A DNA stretch of 64,000 bases, taken from Treponemataceae bacterium. Lineage in GTDB: Bacteria; Spirochaetota; Spirochaetia; Treponematales; Rectinemataceae. The position numbers and the translations under genes were made by a program. Positions 37,382 to 47,128 of this stretch are shown here, piece after piece. Under the pieces are notes generated by a model that saw nothing but the letters and a program-made list of their open reading frames with translations, searched no databases and had not been told where the DNA came from. The stretch is taken from contig CAXXHO010000005.1 of the NCBI GenBank assembly GCA_963667725.2, positions 768,001-832,000 of the forward strand, given 5' to 3'. How positions within the stretch are numbered: position 1 is the stretch's first letter; every line of letters begins with the position of its first letter.

Positions 37382-39781
37382 TCAGCGCTTCTTGAAGAGA
37401 TCGGCGAAGGGATTGTAGGTCATGCCGTCGTCTTCCCTCTCCCTCGGCGCGGGGCGCTGCGAAGAAGGCCTTTGCCCAGAACGCTGATCGCTCCGCTGCT
37501 CCGGACGTTTATCCGAATGCTGCTCTGGTCGATGCTCAGGACGCTGTTCCGGACGGCCGCGGGAATCGCCGGCAGGCCGCGCGACTACCCTGACCGCTTT
37601 TTTCGGTCCCTGGTCGCCTCCTGCTGGGTTCCTGTCGGTCTTCAGCGAGAGCCCGATCCTGTGGCGCGCCTCGTCCAGGCTGATGATGGTGAACTCCCTC
37701 ACGTCGCCCACCTTGATCGCTTCCATGGGGTCGCGCACGAACTGGTTCGAGAGTTCGGAGATATGGATAAGGGCGCTTTCCTTGATGCCGATGTCGACGA
37801 AGGCGCCGAAATCGACGACGTTCTTCACCTTGCCCGTGACCTTCATGCCCTCCTTGAGGTCGGAGAAGTTGAGGACGCCCTTCGAGAGTATGGGCGGCGG
37901 CAGGTTTTCGCGCGGGTCGCGGTTAGGTTTCTTCAGCTCGACGATGATGTCGTCCATGGTCGTGTCGCCCACCGAGTATTTTTCGCGTAAGGCGGCCCTC
38001 TGTTCGCGCGAGGGATCGGCGCCGGCCTTGATGAACTGGAGGATTTCGGCCGCCAAGGCGTAGTTTTCGGGGTGAACCCAGGTGTTGTCGAGCTCGTTGG
38101 CGCTCTCGGGAATCTTGAGGAAGCCCGCGCACTGCTCGAAGGTCTTCTCGCCCAGGCCGGGGATTTGGGTGAGCATGTCGCGCGACTTGATCGCTCCCTT
38201 TTCTTCCCTGAACTTGACGATTTTCTTGGCCAGGCCCCCGTTGATGCCCGAAACGTACTTAAGGATGGCGTGGCTCGCGGTGTTGAGGTTGACGCCGACC
38301 TGGTTGACGACTGAGCCGACGACCTCGTCCAGCTGCTCGGTCAGCTTTTTCTGGTTGACGTCGTGCTGGTAGAGGCCGACGCCGATGCTTTTGGGATCGA
38401 TCTTGACGAGCTCGGCGAGGGGGTCCTGGAGGCGGCGGCCGATGGAGATGGCGCCCCTGATGGTGAGGTCGAGATCGGGGAACTCTTCCCTGGCGATGTC
38501 GCTGGCGGAGTAGACGGAGGCTCCGTCCTCATCCACGGCGGTGAACTTGCAGTCGAGGCCGTTCTCCTCGATCGAGGCGGCGACGGCGGCCTGCACTTCG
38601 TGGCTGGCGGTGCCATTCCCCACGGCGACGATCTCGATGCGGTGCTTCTTGACGGAGGCGGCGATGGCCTTCTTGGCTTCCTCGAGCTTCGTTTCCTGGT
38701 TGATGACGAAATAGTCGAGGAACTTGCCCGTCTCGTCCAGGGCGGCGCACTTGGTGCCGGTGCGGATGCCGGGGTCCACGCCGAGAATCCTCGAGCCGCG
38801 CAGGGGCGGCTGCATGAGGAGGTTCTTGAGGTTTTCGGAAAAGACGTCGATGGCGTGGGTTTCGGCGTATTCGGTGGCGTCGGAGCGGATTTCGCGGATG
38901 ACGGCGGGTGAAAGGAGCCTCGAAAGGCCGTCCTCGATGGCTTCGGCGTGATAATCGTTATGAATCCAGGCTTTGTCCTTGAGGAGGGCGGCGGCTCCTT
39001 CCTCGTCGACGTCGATGGTGACGTCGAGGGCCGATTCGCGCTCGGCGCGGTTCACGGCCAGGACTCGGTGGCTTTTCAGCGTCGAGAGGGGCTCGGAATA
39101 GTCCCAGTACATCTGATAAGTGGACTTTTCGCGGGCGGCATCGTCGCCGACGCCCTTCGTGACGAGCTTGCCCGTCTTTTTATACCAGGATTTGACGGCG
39201 GCGCGCATCTCAATGTTCTGCGAGACGCGCTCGGCGAGGATGTCCTTGGCGCCGGCGATGGCGTCCTGGGCTGTCGCCACCGAAAGTTCGGGGTGTTCAG
39301 CGTCGGCGCGGACGAAGACGGGCGCCGCCGCGTCGACTTCATGCTTTTCCTTCTCGAGCATTATTTCGGCCAGCGGGCTGAGGCCCTTTTCCTGGGCGAG
39401 CATGCCCCTGGTCTTCTTCTTTTTCTTGTAGGGCGCCCAGAGGTCGTCCAGTTCGGTGAGGGTCGAGGCTTTGACGATATTTTCGTAGAGTGTTTCGTCG
39501 AGTTTGCCGAGGGCGGCGATGCCCTTGGTCACCTCGATCCTGCGTTCCTCGAGATTTTTGTAGCTCTCGAATTTATGGACGCAGTCGCGGACCTGGACTT
39601 CATCGAGGCTGCCGGTTCTTTCCTTGCGGTAGCGGCTGATGAAGGGAACCGTACTTCCTTCGGCGGTCAGGGTGATGACGGCCGATACTTGCGCGGCCTT
39701 GATGTTCAGGTCTCCGGCTATCCGGTTCAAAATGGCGATCTCGTTGACTGCCAGTTTTTCTATGTCGGGCAATTGGCTCAT
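37382..39781 (-). CDS. tex: Tex family transcription accessory protein (S1 domain)
   Basis: TVPFISRYRKERTGSLDE, GVDPGIRTGTK, GNGTAS, GASVYSAS, IGVGLYQHD, C-terminal S1 NVVDFGAFVDIG. Confidence 0.95.
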   Translation of the reverse strand: MSQLPDIEKLAVNEIAILNRIAGDLNIKAAQVSAVITLTAEGSTVPFISRYRKERTGSLDEVQVRDCVHKFESYKNLEERRIEVTKGIAALGKLDETLYENIVKASTLTELDDLWAPYKKKKKTRGMLAQEKGLSPLAEIMLEKEKHEVDAAAPVFVRADAEHPELSVATAQDAIAGAKDILAERVSQNIEMRAAVKSWYKKTGKLVTKGVGDDAAREKSTYQMYWDYSEPLSTLKSHRVLAVNRAERESALDVTIDVDEEGAAALLKDKAWIHNDYHAEAIEDGLSRLLSPAVIREIRSDATEYAETHAIDVFSENLKNLLMQPPLRGSRILGVDPGIRTGTKCAALDETGKFLDYFVINQETKLEEAKKAIAASVKKHRIEIVAVGNGTASHEVQAAVAASIEENGLDCKFTAVDEDGASVYSASDIAREEFPDLDLTIRGAISIGRRLQDPLAELVKIDPKSIGVGLYQHDVNQKKLTEQLDEVVGSVVNQVGVNLNTASHAILKYVSGINGGLAKKIVKFREEKGAIKSRDMLTQIPGLGEKTFEQCAGFLKIPESANELDNTWVHPENYALAAEILQFIKAGADPSREQRAALREKYSVGDTTMDDIIVELKKPNRDPRENLPPPILSKGVLNFSDLKEGMKVTGKVKNVVDFGAFVDIGIKESALIHISELSNQFVRDPMEAIKVGDVREFTIISLDEARHRIGLSLKTDRNPAGGDQGPKKAVRVVARPAGDSRGRPEQRPEHRPEQHSDKRPEQRSDQRSGQRPSSQRPAPREREDDGMTYNPFADLFKKR

Positions 39782-39906
39782 GGTCCCCTACGGTACGCAA
39801 AGTCGGCGAGAATTGCAAGCGTTCATCCGTTCATTTTATTATGGACATTCCGATGGGCTTGAATTATGCTTGTTTTTTAGCTTGTGGCATTGGGCTCGGA
39901 AAGGAA

Positions 39907-40518
39907 ATGGGAAAAAACGATAAGCGCGTAAGGATATTCTCCGCACTCGAGGTGGCCAACCTATGCGGTGTGGTAAATCAGACTGCCATCAACTGGATCA
40001 AGGCCGGCTATCTCAAGGCTTTCACGACGCCGGGCGGCCAATTCCGCGTGTTCGCCGAAGATCTCATCGCCTTCCTGGAAGACCGGAAGATGAGAATTCC
40101 TCCTGAAATCAATGCCGGGGTGAACGATTCCGTCGATCCCGGCCTCATTCTCATCGTCGACGACGATCCCGATCTCAATACCATCCTCAAGAGAATGCTC
40201 GAAAGGAAGCTCCCCGACATCAGCGTCGCCCAGGCTTTCGATGGCTTCGAGGCCGGCAGGATCATCGCCGAGAGGCACCCAGCCCTTGTCTTCCTGGATT
40301 TCGACCTGCCGGGCATCAACGGGAAGAGTCTCTGTCTGCGCATCCATTCCGATCCATCGATCGGGAAGCCTTCGGTCATTTCCATGACGGGCATCGATAC
40401 GCCTGATATGCGCGAAGAGATGCTGGCGGCGGGCGCTGACGACTTTTTCGGAAAGCCCCTGGATTTCGAGGCGATAATCAGGCGGGCTTCAGAACTTCTG
40501 GCTTCGAGGGCCAGGTAG
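39907..40518 (+). CDS. Response regulator with N-terminal excisionase/MerR-like HTH and C-terminal receiver
   Basis: EVANLCGVVNQTAINWIKAG.LKAFTTPGGQFRV; ILIVDDD...FLDFDLPG...KP. Confidence 0.88.
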   Translation: MGKNDKRVRIFSALEVANLCGVVNQTAINWIKAGYLKAFTTPGGQFRVFAEDLIAFLEDRKMRIPPEINAGVNDSVDPGLILIVDDDPDLNTILKRMLERKLPDISVAQAFDGFEAGRIIAERHPALVFLDFDLPGINGKSLCLRIHSDPSIGKPSVISMTGIDTPDMREEMLAAGADDFFGKPLDFEAIIRRASELLASRAR

Positions 40519-41073
40519 GTGAAGCCGCTCGGGACCTTCCTGGACGGCCGGCTCATCGTCGCCGTGGGCGATATCACTCTTTTCGATGGGAATGCCATCG
40601 TCAACGCGGCCAATTCGGGCCTCCTGGGGGGAGGCGGCGTGGATGGAGCCATCCACCGCGCGGGAGGCCCGTCCATACTCGCCGAGTGCCGCGCCCTCCG
40701 CGCCGGCCCGCTCAAGTCCGGCCTGCCCGCCGGCGAGGCCGTGGCTACAGGGGCGGGAGCCTTGCGGGCAGACCGCGTCATCCACACGGTGGGACCGGTC
40801 TGGCATGGCGGAGGTCGCGGCGAAGCCGCAGTCCTCGCGTCCTGCTACCGCCGCTGCCTGGAAGTCGCGGCGGCGGAAAATCTCGCCCTCATCGCTTTCC
40901 CGGCGATTTCCACCGGTGTCTACGGCTACCCGAAGGATAGCGCCGCTTTGACGAGCTATGCGGCGATCGCCGATTTCCTCTCGAGCAACGGCCTTCCTCG
41001 CAGGGTCTGGCTGGTATTCTATTCCGAGGCCGACGCTAATACTTTCGTCGCTGCGGCGCGGCCCAGGAAATAA
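40519..41073 (+). CDS. Macro domain protein, O-acetyl-ADP-ribose deacetylase (YmdB-like)
   Basis: GDIT, IVNAANSGLLGGGGVDGAIHRAGG, IHTVGP, FPAISTGVYGYP. Confidence 0.93.
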   Translation: MKPLGTFLDGRLIVAVGDITLFDGNAIVNAANSGLLGGGGVDGAIHRAGGPSILAECRALRAGPLKSGLPAGEAVATGAGALRADRVIHTVGPVWHGGGRGEAAVLASCYRRCLEVAAAENLALIAFPAISTGVYGYPKDSAALTSYAAIADFLSSNGLPRRVWLVFYSEADANTFVAAARPRK

Positions 41074-41150
41074 TAACGGGCAACGACGCATCATAAAATA
41101 TGAATTTTGCAGCCTGAACGCCGCCGATTTCCAGATTTAAGGAGAGAACC

Positions 41151-42596
41151 ATGAAACGCCACATCCTCGTTATCGCCATCGCGATCTGTCTGGCCATAGC
41201 CATGCCCGCGGCCGCGGGCTCGCTCTTCTTCACCGTCCTGCGTCCTTTCGTGCTGTATGACTCCACGCTGCCCGCCGATGTCGCCATGCCCAGCGCGGAG
41301 CTCTACGTGGACTACTATAAAACACCTGCCCTTCTCAACTTCGGATGGGAAATGACAAACAAGAACGTGGATATCGCGATCCGTTTCGATTTCCGCTACG
41401 ATTTTTGGGCATATATCACGTCTAATGCCCACACCAACATTCCCTTCGTCGAAAACGGCGCCAATCCCATCCTCGATTTCAATTACCCCACCGTGGGCTA
41501 CGCTTCCTGGGGGAACGACAAGGCTCTCGCTTCATTCGGTCGCCGTCAGCTCAAATGGGGTCCGGGCACCTACGATATCGCCCTTTCCGACGCAGCCCCC
41601 TACTTTGACAATCTCTGGGCGCAGTACAAGGCCAAGGCCAGCTACGGGACATGGTGGGCAAATTTCGTCGCCATCTCCATGGATCGCGCCGCGGCCAACG
41701 GTGGCAACTATTACTATCTCTACGAAAGCGCGCCTTCTTCGAACGCCGCTGAGCAGAAAACCGTCCTCGCCCATAGGATCGGCTTCGAAAACGACTTTCT
41801 GCGGGTGGGCTTTGGCGAACTCAACGTCGTCTACGGCGTGACCCCCGACCTTCAGGATATCGGACCTTTCCTTATTTACCACCACCTCTACCAAGACGCC
41901 AATTCGAACGTCCTCATGACCTTGAGCGCCGAAACGAAGGTGGGACCGGTGCGGGCATTCGGCGAATTCGTCATGGACGATCTCACGCTCGGCTTCGAGA
42001 ACTCCACCGATAAGCCGACGTCGATGGGCTGGTTCCTGGGCGCCGAGATCGGCCTTTTCGGCAAGGAGACGTACGTTTCGGAAAGAATCGCGGAAGCGGA
42101 TTACGCCTTAAAAGAAGCCACGTTTGCCGAACCTCGGGGGCTCACCCTTGGCTTCGAGCATTACAGGACGACGACCTATCTCTATAACCGTTCGGAGGAC
42201 GCGGGAAAATTCACCGTCCCCGACCATCGCTTCACCATGGGCAATGGGTACGTTGATGATCCGGCCGCCTACTTTATCGGATTCCTGTATGGACCCAATA
42301 CCTCGCTGGACATGTTGACGTTCCGGCACGAATCCAAAAACGCCAAGGCTTCGCTATTTCTCAAGCGGCTCAGGCAGGGCTCCTACGGCATCCTGGACGA
42401 TTATATCTCAGGCTCGAACACCCTGGACTGGTACGCGCTCACCGAGCCAATCGCCCAAACATGGATCGTGGAGTTTGCCGGCGACTACTCGTTTTCGGAG
42501 CGCCTGCGAATCGAAACCCAGGCTTCGGCGGCCTTCGGCGACGAGCCCGGCATCAGGCTGGGCGCCGGCGCCTCCTGGAGGCTGGACGCGCGCTGA
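41151..42596 (+). CDS. Exported outer-membrane protein, capsule-assembly Wzi-like
   Basis: Signal peptide; GRRQLKWGPG...ALSD..PYFD, AHRIGF, SNVLM, GEFVMDD, GFLYGPN motifs; terminal LGAGASWRL; SD AAGGAG. Confidence 0.65.
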   Translation: MKRHILVIAIAICLAIAMPAAAGSLFFTVLRPFVLYDSTLPADVAMPSAELYVDYYKTPALLNFGWEMTNKNVDIAIRFDFRYDFWAYITSNAHTNIPFVENGANPILDFNYPTVGYASWGNDKALASFGRRQLKWGPGTYDIALSDAAPYFDNLWAQYKAKASYGTWWANFVAISMDRAAANGGNYYYLYESAPSSNAAEQKTVLAHRIGFENDFLRVGFGELNVVYGVTPDLQDIGPFLIYHHLYQDANSNVLMTLSAETKVGPVRAFGEFVMDDLTLGFENSTDKPTSMGWFLGAEIGLFGKETYVSERIAEADYALKEATFAEPRGLTLGFEHYRTTTYLYNRSEDAGKFTVPDHRFTMGNGYVDDPAAYFIGFLYGPNTSLDMLTFRHESKNAKASLFLKRLRQGSYGILDDYISGSNTLDWYALTEPIAQTWIVEFAGDYSFSERLRIETQASAAFGDEPGIRLGAGASWRLDAR

Positions 42597-44140
42597 GCGG
42601 CGAAGCAAAGAGGCTCCAGGCTCCCGCCATATGCGACAAACGCGGCAAGCACGGCCGGATCGAAATGCTCCGGCCTGGTTCGGCCATCCCCTCGCGTAAT
42701 TATCTCGAATGCTCTCTCGTGGCTCATCGCCGGTTTGTATGCCCTCACGTTCCTGAGCGCGTCGTACTGGTCGGCGACGGCGGTAATACGCGCCTCCAGC
42801 GGAATTTCCTCGCCCTTCAACCCACAGGGGTATCCGCTTCCATCCCATCTCTCGTGATGGGAACTGGCTATCCTGTTCGCCATGCGGAGTCTTTCATGCG
42901 CGCCGATTATCTTAGCTCCGTATAGTGTGTGCATTTTCATTATTTCAAATTCTTCGACCGAAAGGCTTCCCCGTTTCTTCAGTATTTCCCTGGGTATCTG
43001 GATCTTCCCGACATCGTGCAGCTGCGCCTGCATCCCGATGCTTTCAACGAAACCCGCATCCATCCCCATGGCCTCCGCCAGAAATGAAGCGTATTTCCCC
43101 ACCCGCAAGATATGCTCGCCCGTGTCATCATCATTGGCCTCCGCCACGCGGGCCAATGTAAACACGATATAATCGAAGGCTTTTCCCGTTTCCTGCATCT
43201 CGGAGGCGATGGAGCGGAGAAACATGATCTGCATCGCGATAGCCTTCAACACGATGGCATCCTGGTCGTCGACCGGCTTCTTGAGACCGTAGGAAACTAG
43301 ACACAGCCCGCCTCCTGCCCTACAAATCAAGTTGCCCAAACGGATTCCCTCTTTCGCGAAGGTCGACGATGCCAAGGCGGCTTCGGAGGAAGAACTTAGC
43401 CCGTCGTTCATATACAGCACCCTTGGTTGTCCGTCCAGAAGGAATGAAAATTCTTCAGCCCGAAATCTTTCGCCCGTCTCGACGGCTCCGGGGCCGGTCA
43501 TATCGTAGTGTATCCAGCCCGTTTCCGTCGTACCTACCAGCATCCCTTGGGTCCCGCGCTTCCATCCGACGCTCGCGCCCTTTATCAGCGCATCTATTTC
43601 CGAGAAAAAATTTAATCGGCCCGTCGTCGATGAGCCTGAGGCCCTATTGCCCCTTTCCGCCAGCCCCGCGAGCATGCCGAACAGGGAAACAAGCTTCGAA
43701 TTCTGCTCTTTTATTTCGATGAGTTTCCTTATCCTCGCCAGAACCTCCAAGGATCCGAAAGGCTTGGTGACGAAATCTTCGGCTCCCGCCTCAATGCTCC
43801 TTATTTTTTCTTCCCTTGAGGACAATGCGGTGATCATGATGACCGGAAGGTTGGATGTGTCCGGGGAAGCTTTTATGCGGCGGCACACTTCATACCCATC
43901 GATGCTGGGCATCATGACGTCGAGGAGGACGAGATCGATTTCTTCATGTTTGAGGATAGAGAGTGCCTGGTCCCCGTCGGCCGCGCAGATGACTTCATAT
44001 CCGGATGACCCGAGAATTGCCTCGAGGAGTTCCAAATTCAGCGGTTCATCATCCACACACAGAATTTTCGCCCTAGTCGTCGTTGCTGTATCGTGGCGAT
44101 TTCGGAAATCACTGCCTTCTTCTGGAATTGTCCGCTGCAT
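42485..44140 (-). CDS. Receiver + HD-GYP cyclic di-GMP phosphodiesterase
   Basis: VDDE...LLDVMMP...KP receiver; TGEHILRV, HDVGK, HHERWDGSGYP, ADQYDAL..R.YK. Confidence 0.92.
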   Translation of the reverse strand: MQRTIPEEGSDFRNRHDTATTTRAKILCVDDEPLNLELLEAILGSSGYEVICAADGDQALSILKHEEIDLVLLDVMMPSIDGYEVCRRIKASPDTSNLPVIMITALSSREEKIRSIEAGAEDFVTKPFGSLEVLARIRKLIEIKEQNSKLVSLFGMLAGLAERGNRASGSSTTGRLNFFSEIDALIKGASVGWKRGTQGMLVGTTETGWIHYDMTGPGAVETGERFRAEEFSFLLDGQPRVLYMNDGLSSSSEAALASSTFAKEGIRLGNLICRAGGGLCLVSYGLKKPVDDQDAIVLKAIAMQIMFLRSIASEMQETGKAFDYIVFTLARVAEANDDDTGEHILRVGKYASFLAEAMGMDAGFVESIGMQAQLHDVGKIQIPREILKKRGSLSVEEFEIMKMHTLYGAKIIGAHERLRMANRIASSHHERWDGSGYPCGLKGEEIPLEARITAVADQYDALRNVRAYKPAMSHERAFEIITRGDGRTRPEHFDPAVLAAFVAYGGSLEPLCFAAQRASSLQEAPAPSLMPGSSPKAAEAWVSIRRRSENE

Positions 44141-44143
44141 GGG

Positions 44144-44515
44144 TTATTTTTTCCCGATGAACTGGCTGATTTCTTGCGCGAAGGTGTGTGTACTGATGGG
44201 TTTCCCGATAAACCCGGTATTGGAAATGGTTTTTATCTCCTCCTTGCCGTCGGGCATCACGGAGGCGGTCACAAATATAATGGGAATCGTCCGGGTCTCT
44301 TCGTATCCGCGCAGCAGCAAGGCGGCTTCAGAACCGCGGATATCCGGAAGGCGAACGTCCATGATGATGACATCCGGCCTTTCCTTCCTTGCTAAAGCGA
44401 TTCCGCTGCTGGCGTCTTTCGCCTCGAACACCTCGAAGCCGGCGATTTCCAGGAGATCCTTTTCCAGAAGCAGATTGTTGTCGTTGTCGTCGACGACCAA
44501 TGCTTTTAATTTCAT
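44144..44515 (-). CDS. Single-domain response regulator (DivK/CheY-like)
   Basis: VVDDN, IMDVRLPD, VTA, KP. Confidence 0.92.
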   Translation of the reverse strand: MKLKALVVDDNDNNLLLEKDLLEIAGFEVFEAKDASSGIALARKERPDVIIMDVRLPDIRGSEAALLLRGYEETRTIPIIFVTASVMPDGKEEIKTISNTGFIGKPISTHTFAQEISQFIGKK

Positions 44516-44516
44516 A

Positions 44517-46805
44517 TCAAGCCACCTTGGCGGAAATAATAGGCAAGGAAAAGTGAATCAGCGTACCTTTATCCAAGCCTTCTGAGGTCGCGGACAATTC
44601 TCCGCCGTGCAGTTCGACCATCTTTTTGGAGAGCGGCAACCCCAGCCCTGTGCCCTCGGTCACCCTCGAATAGGGAGTATCCACGCGGAAAAAACCTTCG
44701 AATATTTTCCCCATATTTTCGGGGGCAATGCCAATGCCGGTATCCCAGACATCGATCACGATATCGGGACCGGCTTTTTTCGCTCGCATGCCGATCACTC
44801 CCCCCTCGGGCGTGAACTTCACCGCGTTCGAAAGCAGGTTGTAGATGATCTCCTTGACCTTCAGTTCATCGGCTTCAATATCCGGCAGGTCCTCCGGTAT
44901 CTCCAGGACCATCTGAAGATTCTTTTTTCTCACCATGTCCGCCACAAGCAGGGAAATCTCATTCAATAGGCTTTTTGTGGGCAGGATGGACAGCGCGAGC
45001 TTCATCTTCCCGGCTTCGACCTTCGCCATATCGAGAATCTGATTTATGAGAAGGAGAAGATGTTTCCCGCTGACCAGTACGTTGTTGACATATTTCTTCT
45101 GTTTTTCGTTGAGCGTCCCGAATATCTCGTCATACAGCACTTCAGAGAAACCGTTTATCGAATTGAGGGGTGTCCTGAGTTCATGCGACATGTTCGCCAG
45201 GAACTCGGATTTCGCCCGGGCGGTCCGCTTCAGCTCGGTCGTCAACTCCTCCAGTTCCTCATGGGCCTTTTCAAGCCCTTTTTCAACTTTCCTTCGCTCG
45301 GTGATGTCCTCGATTGCCAGAAGGATTATCTTTTCCTTCCCCGACATTCTCTGGATCTGCCGAGCGTTCAGCAGCATGACTCGTCTCCCGATATCCGCGA
45401 AGTCGTGCTCAACTTCATAGTTTCCGAAAGTCGCCTTCTGGGGGAGGATGTTTTCGAGCAGTTCCCGCAGTTTCGGGATATCCCACTGCTTGTTGCCCAG
45501 ATCGTAGATGAGCTGGCCCACGGTCTCCTCGGGCTTAACCTTGAAGACTTCGTAGAATGAACGGCTGGCCGATACAACCCGTAAATCCTGATCGAGGGAT
45601 ATAAGGGGTTCGCGCACCGTGTTGATGATGCTTTCGGAGTACTCGCGGGCAACATCAGCCGTTCGCTTCACAAATTCCAGTTCTTTGTTGGCTTTGCTCA
45701 AGCCAATTTCCGTTTCCCTGTGTTCCGTTACATTGCGAAAGACCATCACGGCACCGATCAGCGCGCTCTCGCGATTTCGAATCGGCGCGCAGTTGTCGGC
45801 GATACTGTATTCCTGGCCTGTACGCGAGATTAAAATAGTGTGGTTTGCCATTCCTTGTATCGTGCCGTTGGCCAAAGTATCGGCTATCGGCATTTTGATG
45901 GGTTGGCGTGTTTCCTCGTTGATGATGCGGAAGATCTCTTCCATAGGGCGGCCATTTGCTTCCGCCAACGTCCATCCGGTTAGCTTTTCGGCGAGCGGAT
46001 TCAGAAGTGTCACGCATCCACCCGAATCGGTGGCAAGCACCGCATCGCCGATGGAGTTGAGCGTGGCGGTGAGCTTCCCCTCGCTGGCTTGCAAGGTCAC
46101 ATTGGCATGCCGCAGCTGATTGTTCAGATCCTCCTGGATCTCCAGCAGATGCAGTGTTTCGGCATGAACCAGGTTCTTCAGCTGATTCTTAGTTTCTTTA
46201 TAGATGAATCTCATGAATAAGAACGCATACAAAAGAGAAAATAGATTAAGGGTTATGATGGTTATGAGCAGATACCCCATGTTCGATTGAAATTTTTCGT
46301 CATGCCGCGCTAACACGTCTTGTTCTTTCCGGATAAAGCCGTTCATTTCGGTACGGATCGAATCCATCAGCGATTTACCCTGGCTGCCCCGTATATTCGC
46401 CAGCGCAGCGGACAGGTCGTTGTTGCGGCGCAACTGGATATTGAGCGACAATTCCGCCAGCTTGGCTTCTATCATCGGCGCAAGCGTATCCAGATATTCG
46501 TAGGCAGGGGCGGTCAATGGAGTTCTGCGCAGTTCCGCTAGGTGAGCGGTGACGCCGTCGCGCACTCCCAAGAACGGTTCCAGAAAGGTCTCGTCACCGG
46601 TTAGAAGATAACCGCGCTCGCCGGTTTCAGCGTCTATGAGCAAAGACATAAGCGTATTCGCGTTGTCCAGTACGTCGGTGGCATGTTTCCTGCCATCCGC
46701 TTCTTCTTTTATTTTACTGAAAGCCCACAGCGAAACCAGCACCATCACGAATACCACCAGCGCCATTCCCGCGAGAAATGCGAAATTCTTTCGGGCAATT
46801 TTCAT
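44517..46805 (-). CDS. Sensor histidine kinase: CHASE3, two PAS domains, HisKA, HATPase
   Basis: DAETGERGYLLTGDE.FLEP (CHASE3) between two TMs; PAS motifs; FLANMSHELRTPLN; NLLSNAVKFT, DTGIGI, GTGLGL. Confidence 0.93.
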   Translation of the reverse strand: MKIARKNFAFLAGMALVVFVMVLVSLWAFSKIKEEADGRKHATDVLDNANTLMSLLIDAETGERGYLLTGDETFLEPFLGVRDGVTAHLAELRRTPLTAPAYEYLDTLAPMIEAKLAELSLNIQLRRNNDLSAALANIRGSQGKSLMDSIRTEMNGFIRKEQDVLARHDEKFQSNMGYLLITIITLNLFSLLYAFLFMRFIYKETKNQLKNLVHAETLHLLEIQEDLNNQLRHANVTLQASEGKLTATLNSIGDAVLATDSGGCVTLLNPLAEKLTGWTLAEANGRPMEEIFRIINEETRQPIKMPIADTLANGTIQGMANHTILISRTGQEYSIADNCAPIRNRESALIGAVMVFRNVTEHRETEIGLSKANKELEFVKRTADVAREYSESIINTVREPLISLDQDLRVVSASRSFYEVFKVKPEETVGQLIYDLGNKQWDIPKLRELLENILPQKATFGNYEVEHDFADIGRRVMLLNARQIQRMSGKEKIILLAIEDITERRKVEKGLEKAHEELEELTTELKRTARAKSEFLANMSHELRTPLNSINGFSEVLYDEIFGTLNEKQKKYVNNVLVSGKHLLLLINQILDMAKVEAGKMKLALSILPTKSLLNEISLLVADMVRKKNLQMVLEIPEDLPDIEADELKVKEIIYNLLSNAVKFTPEGGVIGMRAKKAGPDIVIDVWDTGIGIAPENMGKIFEGFFRVDTPYSRVTEGTGLGLPLSKKMVELHGGELSATSEGLDKGTLIHFSLPIISAKVA

Positions 46806-47128
46806 ATGATGCTGGTTCTCCCTCTATGGAAAGTCTCCCGCTGACGTTATGCCAGCGGCCGGGGTTATCGTTCGAACGCCTCCGCTGATCGCCCATGACA
46901 ATACAAAAGATCGGAATTGGGCAGGGAATAGTCTGTATGCCAGCGCACATAGTCAATGAATCTTTCATATGTGCTCTATCGAACAGATAAATTCCTGGCG
47001 TCGTCGTATGCTGAATTTCATTGAGCGGGGAATATGTAGGCCCGTATCCTGCCGATTTGAGGCATTTATACGTGACGGCATTGTAGCCTGCAGACGATCT
47101 GGAACAGATTTCCAGAAAGGAGCTAGAA

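Noticed and set aside
46915..46945. GGGCAGGG...ATAGTCTGTATG resembling FMN-riboswitch ends upstream of the flavin-motif lipoprotein
   Set aside because: The two motifs are adjacent and the whole conserved core is missing; an Rfam scan would be needed.
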